This document shows positions 23,034-35,409 of a DNA stretch of 64,000 nucleotides, piece by piece (position 1 is the stretch's first letter; the number at the start of each line of letters is the position of its first letter). Source of the stretch: Paramoeba atlantica. Taxonomy: Eukaryota; Protista; Discosea. Where the stretch lies: positions 1 to 64,000 of the forward strand of contig CDRNVI010000187.1 in assembly GCA_977017575.1 (NCBI GenBank). Reading direction: 5' to 3'. Made by a program: the position numbers and the translations under genes. The notes under the pieces are model-generated. The model was given only the letters and a program-made list of their open reading frames with translations. It was not told where the DNA came from and made no database searches.

Positions 23034-26000
23034 ATGGGAAAGGTTGATGGTGGAAATTTTGGGAAGAAGAAAGATCGAATCAAAAGAAGACGGAGGGAGA
23101 GTTGCAGTCATGAGAGTGGGAATGGACCAAGCGCCGGTGGAACAGAGAGTGGAAGTGGAAGTTCTTCTTTTGAAAGAAGAACAAGAAACATTCGTCGAGC
23201 ATCAATTCAAACTTTACCTCTCAAAGAAGGAGGAAATTCTTCTCCTTCTTCTCCAAGACGATCGACTGAGGAGAATAAATTTCGAAGGATAATCAGTACC
23301 CCTCCTCCAGGATCTTCTTCCTTTTGTTCTGAAGAGGGATTAAGTTCTTCTTCTTCTTCTTCTTCTTCTTCTTCTTTCTCTTCCTCTTCTTCCAAGATGA
23401 GACTCGGTCGTGCTTCTTCTCCAGATCCCATGAGACAATCTCTTTCGAGTAAAAAAGAAAAGGCTCCTCTTGCCTGGCATACTTCTCCTGAATTGAAAAG
23501 AAAGGTTTGGGGTGCTTCTCCCGAACTTGGTCTCTTTAAAGAAGAGAAAGAAGAAAAGAAGAAGGGGTTATTTTCGTCAATAGATTTCCCTCTTCTCCAA
23601 AACTCAGACTCTCAAAAAACTCTCTCTCGTTCTGGAAGTACGTCCTCAATCCCAACTTTAGAAATTGAAAGGTCTTCTCTTGAAAAAAAGGAGGGCCAAA
23701 AAAAAGATGAAGAAGATCATTTGGCGTCGATTTGGATTGTCTCCCCAAAGTTGGGGATGAAAAAGGAGAATCGATCTCAAAACAAAACACCCCCAACCAA
23801 AGAAGGAGGAAATTTCGAATTTCGTGGAACAACTTCTTTTGATTCATCCCTTATTGATCATCACAAAAAAGAAGGAGGAACTTCGGATCAGCCATCAGGG
23901 ACGAGAAAGCAGAGAAAATGGAATTCTTCTCCAGATAGTTCCCTTTTTCAACGAGAAAACTCTTCCAAACAATCTCTGATTCAGAAACAGAAACAGATTT
24001 CTTCTCTTTCGGATATTGATCCACAGAAAACAATTATTTCGAATGGTCACTCCAAGCAGAAATGGACTTTTGATTCTTCATCTCCTGATGAACTTCGCCG
24101 ATCTTCGAAACAAGTAAAGTCTCAAGAGAAGAGAAGTAAATCTCCTGAAACAAAGAAGACATCAACACAGAAAAAAGATCTTTCGCACGTTTCACCTCGG
24201 TTTTGCAATTCAATCTCGCCACAAGTAGCTGTTTTGCCACAGAAAGATTCAGTTTCCCAACAACAACATCATCACCAACATCATCATCAACAACAAAAAC
24301 AAAAATCACCTCCTTCCAAAGAACCCTCTCCACCACAACCTATTAAATCTCAATTAAAATCACAATTACAATCAAAACTCCAATCACAATTCCAATCGAA
24401 AATACAATCACAATCTCGACAACAACAACAACAACAACAACAGTTATCTCGACAACAACAACAAATCCAATCTCGTCAATCTCAAGTTAGGGACTCTACA
24501 CAAAGTTTGGCAACACAAACCCAAAGTACCCAATCACAATCTTCTTCTTCTTCTTCTTCTTGTTTTCCCAATGTTCAAATATTTCGAGGACCATCTCAAA
24601 AAGGGGCTTCTTTCTCTTCTTCTGTTTCAGTGAGAGGGGAAGAGAGCGAAATGAAAGGAAAAGGGAGAAAATTGACAATGAACAAAGGTTTTTCTTTCAT
24701 TTTTCTTTTTGATTTCATATTTGTTTTTTTTTTCTGTTGTTCAATTTTTAGATGTGACAAAAGATTTTTTTTATTTTTCTGTAAAAGGTTGTTTTACATT
24801 TTTTATTGTTTTATTTTATTTATTTATTTTAAAATTGGATTAAATTTCTTTTTATTAAATTTTTTATTCTCTTAAAAGGAACTCGAAGAGAAATGGGTGT
24901 TCGAAAACGAGATCATTCTCAACAAACTCGACCTTGTGGAGAGAGAGGAGAAAGACCACAATTGAATGAAGAAGAAGAAAAGAAATCAAGAAAGAGAGAG
25001 AAAGGAATAGAGGAAAGAGAGGAAAGAGAAGAGAGTGAGGGAAAGAGAGAGGAAGAAGAGCTCGTTTTCGAAAAGGGACAAGAATTTGATTTGGAGAAGA
25101 AGAAGAAATGTCCTCATTTTGTTTCGTTAGGTCATTTTATTTCTGAGGAACTTTCTGAAGAGGTTGTTTTTATTTTTTGGAGAATTTCTTATTATTTTGT
25201 TTTATTTTTTGATTTTTTTTTAAAATGTTCTCATAATCATTTATCATCGATTAATAAATACCACACTCAATTCATTTTTCTTTAAATTAAAAAATAAACT
25301 CATTTAAAAATTAACAAAAAAAAATTCACAGATAACAAACTCTGAACCAAATATCCCACAACAAATGGAAGTTCGAAATTTCTTATCCATTCCGTACAAA
25401 CTCGAAAAATTTATGATGTATGGAGTAATGATTTGTACTGAATCTTTTCTTTCTGTTTTTTCTTTTCTTCCTTTGCGGTTTGTTGTTTCGATCTTTTTAC
25501 TTTTGAAGAGTCTTTTGTTTCGAAGGTTTTTTATTTATTTATTTATTTATTTATTTATTCATTTATTCATTATTTGGGAGGGATCTTTTCTTTTTTTAAT
25601 CTCTTAATGTTCCTTTCTCTCTCCTTATTTTTTTTCTTATTTTTTTAACAACAGCGAAATGAGGGGAGTTGATATCTATAATTTATTGTGCGGAATTATC
25701 TTCATCATCAGTACATTTGCACTCTTGATGTCGATTGATGCTTCAATTGTTTATCATTTGATTCGTGGTCAAGCTATGTTAAAACTTTATGTGATATTTA
25801 ATACACTTGATGTAATTTTTTTTGATTCCTCTTTTTCTTTTTCTTTTTCCCTTCTCTTTTCATCCTTTGTTTTCTTTTTTTTATCTCTTTTAGTTTAACT
25901 CTCTTTTTCTTTTAAAAGGTGTTTGATAAATTGTGTTGTGCATTTGGGGTGGATATTTTCGATAATTTGTATTGGAGTGTAACCTCAACACCGATGAGAG

Positions 26001-27668
26001 AAGATTCTTCTTCTTCTTCCAATTCCACACGTTCTTCTTCCCCATCTCCTTCTCCATCATCCCTCTCTCTTCCTTTAACCCCACGCCCAAAATCTGGCAA
26101 CCCCAAAACAGATCAATCAAAGTCTTTACAAAAACAAGAACTCTTTCCTCAGGAAAAGAACTCAGAATCAACACAAACAAAAAGTTCCAAATTAAAGAGT
26201 TCTTTTGTCTTTTCTGAACCACCACCACCTCCACCGCCACCTCCACCTCCTCCCCCTCCACCATCTCCAAAAAAGAAGAAAAAACGAGCTTCAAAACAAT
26301 CGAAATCTCCCAAAAGTTCTTTTTCTTTCCCGATATCCTTTCCATCTCCACCTTCTTTCTCTTCTCTCCTAACCTCTCCAACTCCGACTACTTTTTCTCC
26401 TCCACTCCCGATTTCTGGTTATGACTATTTACCTTCTTCTTCCTTTTCCTCCACCGAGATTTCTTCTTTCCCTCCTTCTTCTCATCACCCGTCATCTCCC
26501 AGCCCGCCACGTTCTCCTCACAAGATAAAGAATGACAAAAAAGAAACAAAAACAACACCAACAAAAACAAAAACAACAACAACAACACACCAAAGCCCAC
26601 CCTCAAAATCCAAACCACAACAACAACAACAAGAAAAAGAGAGAGAAAAAGAAAAACAAAAACAAAAAAAGAACAAAGCACCTCCAAAATTAATAGTGAC
26701 ATCAACAGACTCCAGAAATTTCCCCCCGCCACCTCCCCTCCCTCCAACAAAAACTCTTTCTTTCTCTCTCTCTCCTTCTCGCCCCCCTCCCCCCCCTCTC
26801 CCACCCACCCACGCCCCTCCTCCCTCTCTTCTCATCAAAGCATACAAACTCCAGCCATTTCTCGTCTTCCTTCTCGCTCTCTTTTATCTTTATATTCATT
26901 CTCTTGTATTATTTACATCGGTTATTACATTGAATGTGGCGGTGAATTCGTACAATAATGCCTTGATTCCTTTGTTGATTTCGAATCAGTTTATTGAGTT
27001 GAAGGGGATGGTTTTTAAGAGGTGTGAAAAGAATATTTTGTTTCAGATTTCTTGTAGTGGTTTGAAACAATTTTTTTTTTCTTTTTTTTTTATTATTATT
27101 TATTTCAATTTATCATTATTTTTTAATGTTTTTTACTCATTATTATTAAATCTTTTCTAAAAAAATAGATATTGTTGAAAGACTTCGTGTCTCCATCTTC
27201 ATTCTGGTCATTGCACTTCAAAATTTTTCCGATATGGATTGGGATATTTGGGTTGGTGGTACAATCGAAGATACTTTCCAAATGGGTTGTGTCATCTTTG
27301 CTTCAGAGGTTTTTTTTTTTTTCATTTTGTTGTTCAAAAGTGAGTCTTTTCTTTTCCTTTTATTTTCTTTTGTTTCGAATTAGAAAAGGTTCAAAAGAAT
27401 TTTGAAAAGCTCTTTTTACTAATTTTTTTTCTTTTCTTGTTCAAAACCATCTTTTTAGTTAATTGTTGATTGGATTAAACATGCGTTTGTCACAAAATTC
27501 AATCGGATTCCAGCAGTTTCATACAAACAATTTTCTTTTCGTCTTCTTGCTGATGTTCAAGCGAGAGCTTTGCACCAAACAGAAATGAGAAATACTATTT
27601 CCCATCGGATTGGATTTTTACCTTTTCCTTTGGCTTGTGTGGTTTGTTGTTTTTTTTGTTTTGATTTA

Positions 27669-27700
<32 letters not shown>

Positions 27701-28100
27701 ATTTATTATTTATTATTTTCTTTTTCTTTTTCTTTTTCCAAAATTTCTTGTCACTAATCTTTTATTTGAATCAAGTTGATTCGCTTTTTAGTTCAAACAG
27801 TTTCTCTTGATACAAAATCTCTTTGTATGATTATCCCAGGAACGATGGTAATCGCAATCTTTATTCAATGGGCAATTCGTCTGATTCTTCTTCGTTCATG
27901 TTGTCGCCATTCTCAAAATATTTCGGTTTGAATTTTTCAAAATTTCACAAAAAAACGAAAACAAAAGAAAAAGAAAAAGACAGAAGAAAAAAAGACAAAG
28001 AAGAGAGACTGATGAGGTTTTTTTCATTATTTTCTAGGAACTTGTTGATCCAGGACTTGAAAAGATTGAACGATTTACAATGCTCAAGGCAATTGTTTGA
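23034..28100 (+). CDS. TAPT1: TAPT1/Emp65 (DUF747) membrane protein with a long low-complexity N-terminus
   Basis: FLSIPYKLEKFMMYG...ESFLSVFSFLPLR; YHLIRGQAMLKLYVIFNTLD|VFDKLCCAFG; HSLVLF...TLNVAVNSYNNALIPLLISNQFIELKGMVFK; DIVER; LIVDWIKHAFVTKFN; terminal LEKIERFTM. The start may instead be a short exon at ATG 22818. Confidence 0.88.
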
Positions 28101-28523
28101 ACCATTTTTGAGAGTACAGAAACAGAAACAGAATTGTTGTTGTTTGTTATTTATTGTTTGTTGTGGAGAGAGAGGGAGAAGCCCAGACCAAAACATAGGA
28201 CACAACACGAAAAGAACTATTTAATTAGAAAAAAAAACTCAGAAATTGTCTTCTTTCTCATCATTGTTTCTTTTTCCTCTCAGCTTTTTCTCCAGCCAAT
28301 CAAAAATTGGTGTATTTTGGGACACCATTAATTTTCATACCCTTCACTCAAAATAAAGAGAAAAAGTCCCGACTCAATCTTTTTGCGAATTCTCTCTCTC
28401 TTATTTTTTCCGCTTTCTCCTCCTTTTTTTTCTCCCTCTCTTCTCTTCTTTCACAACTTTTTTCGAACCCCCAGAAAACATCTCTTCTCTTCTCTTCTCT
28501 CTCCAACCACACAAAAAAGAAAG

Positions 28524-30745
28524 ATGGATGATGAAGAAAAATATCCAAACAAAGAAACAAAGGAACTTTTTGAAGGTGTTGAGAAAGGGGATGAAGAAGT
28601 TGTGAAAGTTCTTCTTCTTGGAAACAAAAACAAACAATTCGAACTTGATATCAACTTCCAATTCAAAGAAAGGGTTTTTTTCTTTTCAAATTCAATTTAT
28701 TTCTTTCTCTCTCTCTCTTTCTCTCTTGTTGTTTCTGATGTGATGGAGTATGAGTGGTTGTGTGATTGTGTTGTTGTTTTTTAACAACTTCTTTGTTGTT
28801 AAAGATTGGAAAGACCGCTCTTCACTTTGCTGCTTCGAATGGTTCTGAACAAATTGTGAAAATTCTTGTTGAACATGGATCCAATGTTGATCTTCAAGAT
28901 ACAGTTTTGATTTTTTTTTTTTTTATTATTTCTTTGTTTTATCTCATTTTTTATTTATTTTGTTATTCTAGTTCATTATTGGTTGTTTCATGTTGTTGTT
29001 GTGAATGGTTGTATGATATTTATTTTGTTTTGTTGTTTTTTTAACAACTTTCTTTTTGTTAAAGGATGGATATACCGCTCTTCACATCGCTGCTGATAAA
29101 GGTTTTGAACAAATTGTGAAGATTCTGATTGGACATGGATCCAATGTTAATCTTCAAGAAGCCTCAGTTTTCATTTTCTTTTTCTTTTTCTTTTCATTAT
29201 TCTTCGATTTTCTGATATTTTTGATTTGTTGTTCTGGTTCATTGTTGGTTGTTTGATGTTGATTGTTGTTTCGCGGTTGTGTTGTGTGATATTTATTTTG
29301 TTTGTTGTTTTTTAACAACTTCTTTTTGTTAAAGATTGGATGGACCGCTCTTCACTTAGCTGCCGATAAAGGTTTTGAACAAATTGTGAAAATTCTTGTT
29401 GAACATGGATCCGATGTTCATCTTCAAACCTCAGTTTTCATTTTCTTTTTCTTTTTATTTTCATTATTCTTTGATTTTTCTTATATTTTTGATTTGTTAT
29501 TCTGGTTCATTGTTGGTTGTTTGATGTTGATTGTTGTTTCGCGGTTGTGTTGTGTGATATTTATTTTGTTTGTTGTTTTTTAACAACTTCTTTTTGTTAA
29601 AGATTGGATGGACCGCTCTTCACTTAGCTGCCGATAAAGGTTTTGAACAAATTGTGAAGATTCTTATTGAACATGAATCCAATGTTAATCTTCAAACCAA
29701 AGTTTTCATTTTCTTTTTTTTTCCTTTTTCTTTTTATTTCTTTGTTTTATCTCATTTTTTATTTATTTTGTTATTCTGATTCATCATTGGTTGTTTCATG
29801 TTGTTGTTGTTGTGAATGGTTGTGATATTTATTTTGTTTTGTTGTTTTTTTAACAACTTCTTTTTGTTAAAGGATGGATGGACCGCTCTTCACATTGCTG
29901 CTGGGAATGGTTTTGAACAAATTGTGAAGATTCTTATTGAACATGGATCCAATGTTAATCTTCAAACCAAAGTTTTCATTTTCCTTTTTTTTTCCTTTTT
30001 CTTTTTCTTTTGTTGTTATGATTCATTATTGGTTGTTTCTTGTTGTTGTGAATGGTTGGGTTGTGTGATATTTGATTTATTTTATTTATTTTTTAACAAC
30101 TTCTTTTTGTTAAAGTATGGATGGACTGCTCTTCACTCTGCTGCTGAGAAAGGTTTTGAACAAATTGTGAAGATTCTTATTGAACATGGATCCAATGTTA
30201 ATCTTCAAGAAGCCTCAGTTTTCTTTTTCTTTTTTTTTTGATTTTGATTTTTATTTCTTTGTTTTGTTCTTTTTTTAATCACTTCTTTTTGTTAAGAATG
30301 GAAGGACCGCTCTTCACAATGCTGCTTTCGAAGGTTTTGAACAAATTGTGAAGATTCTTGTTGAACATGGATCCAATATTCATCTTCAAACCAAAGTTTT
30401 CATTTTCATTTTGATTTTCATTTTTGGCACTTTTTACTTGTTGATTTGTGATGGATTGTGGTGAGAATGGGGGGATGGGGGAGGATGGAGGGAGAGAGGG
30501 GTTTGAAGTGGTTCTTTTTTTAAACTTTTTTTTAAAACTTTCTTTTTTCTTTTGTGTGTTAGGATGGTAAAACAGTGTTTGATATTGCAAAAGATCAGAA
30601 CATTGTTGAATTAATCATCCAATTGAAGGTTTTCTTTTTTTTCTTTTTTGACATTTTCCTCTTTTTTTTAAAATTTTTTTTGATTTTTTTTTGGTTGTAG
30701 GGACGAACGATCAAACCAGCTCAACAAACAAAAAAAGAAAATTAA
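28524..30745 (+). CDS. Ankyrin-repeat protein with one repeat per exon (N-cap exon, 7 repeat exons, C-cap exon, terminal exon)
   Basis: Exons 28524-28673, 28805-28903, 29065-29166, 29335-29433, 29603-29701, 29873-29971, 30116-30217, 30297-30395, 30563-30628 and 30701-30745. All introns are GT-AG, phase 0. Repeat consensus xGxTALHxAAxxGFEQIVKILIEHGSNVNLQxx. Confidence 0.93.
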
Positions 30746-30989
30746 AGTTTTGGCAATAATTTGAGGAAACAGAAACAGAATTGTTGTTGTTTGTTGTGGA
30801 AACGGCCGATCCAGTTCCCAAACATCAATTCTTCCTTTTGGCGAATGAAATAATGAGAGCACTTGGTACTTGGCGAGAGAGTCCCCTGTATCACTAACTC
30901 TAAAACTATTACCCAATAAAAGACCCTTTTTTTCAATTTTTTTTTGATTATTCTTTTGATTCTTTTTTCTTTCTTTGTGAAAGAACAAA

Positions 30990-31392
30990 ATTCAGACCCT
31001 TCACTTAAAATAAATAGAAAAAGTCCCGACACATTCTTTTCGGGGATTTTCTCTTTCTCATCTCTTTTTCCGGTTTTCTCCTCCTTTTTTTCTCTCTTCT
31101 CTTTCTCACCTTTTTTCCTCTTCTCTTCTCTTCTCTCTCTCTCTGTGTCACACAAAAAAGAAGATGGATGAAGAAGAAGAAGAAAAAGCAAACAAAGAAA
31201 CAAAGGAACTTTTTGAGGTGTTGAGAAAGGGGATGAAGAAGTTGTGAAAGTTCTTCTTCTTGGAAACAAAAACAAACAATTCGAACTTGATATCAACTTC
31301 CAATTCAAAGAAAGGGTTTTTTTCTTTTCAAATTCAATTTATTTCTTTCTCTCTCTCTTTCTCTCTCTTGTTGTTTCTGATGTGATGGAGTA
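30990..31392 (+). pseudogene. Truncated, frameshifted duplicate of the 5' flank, first exon and intron start of the ankyrin-array gene
   Basis: Close copy of about 28340-28750. The ATG at 31164 reads MDEEEEEKANKETKELF; then gaaggtgtt has become gaggtgtt (-1 nt), giving an early TGA. No repeat exons follow. Confidence 0.8.
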
Positions 31393-31485
31393 AAAACAAA
31401 ATTTGTTTTCATTTTCTTTTCTGATTTTCATTTCTTCAATATTTTATTCCAAAAAAAAAAATTATTTAATCTTCTTTTTCTCTTT

Positions 31486-34400
31486 TCAACTCAAATCTGT
31501 ATTCATTGAAGACCCATAAAAATTACCATGAAAACCAAAAGAAATATGATCAAAACAAGAAGCTCGTCCAATTTCTGTCAAATCAACAGCATTGAGACAA
31601 AGCAAGAATGAATTTTTATGGACTGTATCCAATACAATTGTTAACACCACTCCCTACCAAAAAATGGGGTGAGAAACCATTCAAAAAGAAAAAACTTTTT
31701 TAAACAAATAATTTTGGATTCTGGCCAAAGAGAGAGAAACAGAAAGACGAAAGGGAAACAAAAGTTCTGAACCAAACCGAACGACCAACAGCCACAATAC
31801 AAAAAAGAAAAGAAAATGAAAAGGGGAAATGAAAAAGGAAAAGAAATAACAAAAAGATAATCTTACCTCATCTTCTTCAGTCGAAGATGGAGAAGGAAGA
31901 AAGATTGGCTCTCCTGGAAAATAAACATCTTGGCCACTCCATCGAACCACTTCTCCAGTTTTGACATTCAACTATTTCTCATTCAAAAAAGGGGGACAAA
32001 AAGCAAAAGAATGAGAGAAAGGAAAACCTTTACAATTGAATCAAAACCATGATTTTCACAACTAACCCCATAGACAAAATTGAAGTTTTTTGTGGACAAT
32101 CGCGGGTCAATTCTTGGCAACTCAATTCCAACACTGTTTGAGATATTAAAAATGGTGGACCCCAAAATAAAAGAGAAGATGAAGGAATCAAACGAACTCT
32201 GAAATAGTCTCAAATGGCACACTCATTTTGGGAGATAAATCAGATCGAGTTGGACAAGGTAAGACAATCCTCGAGACATGACCTAACGGAGGGTTCTTCC
32301 CTTCTCTCAGGTTATCAAGACGTAACCCATCAATGACCTTTGTTTCAAAAAGTCATTCATTCAATTCGATATTCATTAACAAAAAATGGAAAAAAAAAAA
32401 TCAAACATCTCCATCAGGATAAGAAATAAGATGAATTGAAATCTCTTTGGTCATTGGCATTTCATAAGCATTGATAGTATGAAAACAAAAGAAAGGCTCA
32501 GTTGTAAAGGTGGCCTGGACATTTCCAGTCTCGCGACTAATCACATAAATCTGTGGGAAACAAAAAATCGAAGTAAGAATTGAGAGAAGAAAAAGAGAAA
32601 GAAAAAAGAAAAGAAATGAGAGAAGAAGAAAGGGGAGAGGAAAACCTCGGTTTGACGCGAAGGGCTCCATGTCATCGAACCCACAACAGATTGTGACCAC
32701 AACAACTAACAAAAAAGTCTGAGAAGAGAAACAAAGAAAAGAGAAAGGGAGAAAAAGATGAACTTTAAGGGGGTTGATCGCCATTGGCCATAAAACCAAA
32801 ATGAAGAAATTCTCTGTTTAAAAATTAAATTAATTAAACGAAAAAAGCAAGAATATTTTCCTGAAACAGAAAGAAAATTAAAATTAAAACCAGTCAGACA
32901 AGTAGAATGAAGATAAGAAGGCTTCGCTCGAACACTCCCAATAATAATTGGTTCTCCTGAAGCTCCTTTTTCCTCTTCCTCTTCTCCCTTTCCTTGATTT
33001 TCCACATCCTTAATTTTAAATATTGTATAGAGCCCACCTTTTTGAGAAACAAAAATTAGATAACAGAAAAGAGAAGAGAAAAAGTAAATAAATTGGTCAA
33101 GGAAAATGAAAAATAAAAAAGGTACTTTTGAAATCATAAATAAAATTGATATATTCTTTGGTATGAGGATCATGGTGTCCATGCGAAGCTGACAAACTCC
33201 TTTTTTTTCATTATAAAGAAGTGATAATTGAACAAACCAACAACAAAAAAAAAGGAAAAAAAAAAACAACCACCTCCTCGACACAACACACACACACACA
33301 AACAAAAAAAAATAATAAAATAATAAAAAAACCCTTTCAATTTTGGATTATCAAAAGCAACATCCATAGTCTCAACAGGAAACCTTTCCAAACTCTCAGA
33401 ATCAAAAACATAAGCATTTGGAGAATCAGTCATACTGTACAACTTCCCACCAATTTTTTTAATTGTCACATTCACATTTCGAAGCATTTCATTTGTATCA
33501 GGATCTCGATAGTCGATTGGGGAGAGGGAGAAAACTGATTGAATTGATCGAAAAGTGGACTTGATTCTCAAAAGTTAGATTTTTTCAAATGGAGACAGAG
33601 TTAAAGAGCAAAAAGAGATAATATTATATTGAAAATGAAACAAACAACAGAGGAAAAGAAAAAGAAAAGCAAACAAAACAGGGATCTTCTCCAAACTGTA
33701 TCAAACTGGTTCCATGAGCGGCAATATACTTACGAACCTTTTAAAAGGGAGGGGAAATGAGAAAATAGAAAATAAGAGCAAATCATGAACCAAAATGGTA
33801 ATATCGATCTTGAAAGAAAATAACTCAAAGAAAAAAAAGAGAAATATATCTTTTTTTGTTTTTAATTAAAAAAAAGAAGAGAAAAATACTTTTTGGGCAT
33901 GATCAGTACGGCGATAAGTAACTTTTCCCTCATGAATCTTAAAACTGTTCATCACAGACAACCCATCAAACCTAGTTGAATCAAAAACAAAAAATGAAAA
34001 AAGGAAAAGAAAAAAAAGAAAACAAGAGGAAAAGGAGAAAGAGAAACCAATGAGAATAATATTTTGTTCCACCATTCTCTCTTTCAACTGAGAAAGAGCC
34101 TGGTCCCCCTCGATAAAGTGTCCCTTCAATCCATCTAAATAGTTGAGAAAAAAAAGAGAAAAAAAAGAGAAAAAAAATGATATTCAAGAAAAATATTCAG
34201 AAAATTAAATTTTTGAAATGAAAGAAAGAAAAAGAAATTAAAATGGTAATCAGGACATTGAACAAAACAAAATTATTACTCAGGAAAAGTGCCATCAACA
34301 GGGAGTGGTTGTTCTCCACATTCAAATTTTGACATATTGGTAAACCCCAAAGCCATTGGTGTCTTGTTTATGAAAAAATAAATTCCACAAAAAAATAAAT

Positions 34401-34901
34401 AAAATTACACAACAAAAAGAGAAAAAAAACAAATAAAAAATCACACAACAAAAAGAGAGAAAAAAAAAAAACAAATCAACCTGAGGGTTGGTGGTTAATT
34501 CTCTCATGCGTTTGTTCCATCTCCAACTCTCATAATATCTCTTCAAACCGTACAAAGCGGCACCTGTTTGATGTGTTGGTTGTGTTGGTTGTGTTGGTTG
34601 TGTTGGTTGTGTTGGTTGTGTTGGTTGTGTTGGTTGTGTTGATTGTGTTGATTGTGTTGGTGGTTGTGTTGATTGTGTTGGTGGTTGTGTTGATTGTGTT
34701 GGTTGTTGTGGTGGTTGTGTTGATGGTTGTGTTGATTGTGTTTGATTGTGTTGGTTGTGTTGATGGTTGTGTTGATTGGTTGGGTTGGTTGGTTGTACAT
34801 TAAAATAAAGAAAAAAATTGACCTGTCAGAATAACAAAAGCAAAAGTTTTCCGATCTCTTTGTAATTTGAACCCCAAGATTTTTTCCAAGTAAGCAAGCA
34901 T
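31486..34901 (-). CDS. Carotenoid oxygenase family protein (RPE65/BCO/CCD-like), multi-exon
   Basis: WIEGTLYRGGPG, HWF|DG, NVNVTI..GGKLYSMTD. Four Fe-His motifs: SASHGHHDP, SYLHS, FHTINAYE, FGFHG. Also ELPRIDPR and PGEPIFLP. Start MLAYLEKILGF at 34901. Confidence 0.9.
34570..34800. repeat. Degenerate 9-bp minisatellite (gttggttgt)n in intron 1 of the carotenoid oxygenase
   Basis: Direct tandem repeats are visible and lie between the GT donor near 34822 and the CAG acceptor near 34565 on the minus strand. Confidence 0.85.
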
Positions 34902-35409
34902 CTTCGCAAAAGACACTTTTAAAAAAATGTGAAAAGTTTGAATTCCAATGACGTAAAACTATTGCGCCAAAGAAGCCAAAAAGAACACAAATCTGCAATA
35001 AAACTGCGTCATCAAAATTTGAATGACGCAAAACTTAAGGTTCCCCAATCAAAAAACTTGGAGAGAAAAGAAAAAAAATCTTTAACCTTTTTTTGACCCT
35101 CTCACTTCAAAATGAAAAACTTTTCCCTTCCAAAGACAGAACCAAAAAAAACTTCCTTTTTCTTTTTTTCTTCGAAAAAAAAATCAAAACAACAAGCAAA
35201 AAAAAAAATAGAAAATCGAATTTGGTGATGTTACACGTCATCATTTTCAATGAGGCCCATTTTTTGATTGTTTTTTTTTTGGTTCATTTTTGTTTTTGGT
35301 GCGTGAGTTTTGTTTTGGTAATTCACTCTCTTTTCATCTCGATTTCACACTCTCTTCTTTTATTTCTTTTTCTTTGTTTTTTTTGACGTTTTAACTTTCA
35401 AAGGAAATC
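34902..35409. promoter_or_regulatory. Bidirectional promoter region (carotenoid oxygenase / myosin) with five TGACG half-sites
   Basis: Divergent ATGs at 34901 and 35410. TGACG or CGTCA occurs at about 34949, 35007, 35024, 35236 and 35384. Confidence 0.45.

Noticed and set aside
27929-27931. In-frame TGA before the conserved TAPT1 C-terminus, suggesting readthrough or a variant genetic code
   Set aside because: It is explained by a GT donor at TCG|gtttga and a small phase-0 exon that restores the frame. All other genes use standard stops.
28805-30395. Regularly spaced repeat-spacer pattern superficially like a CRISPR array
   Set aside because: The repeats are 99-102-nt coding ankyrin exons with GT-AG introns in a eukaryotic gene, and there are no cas genes.
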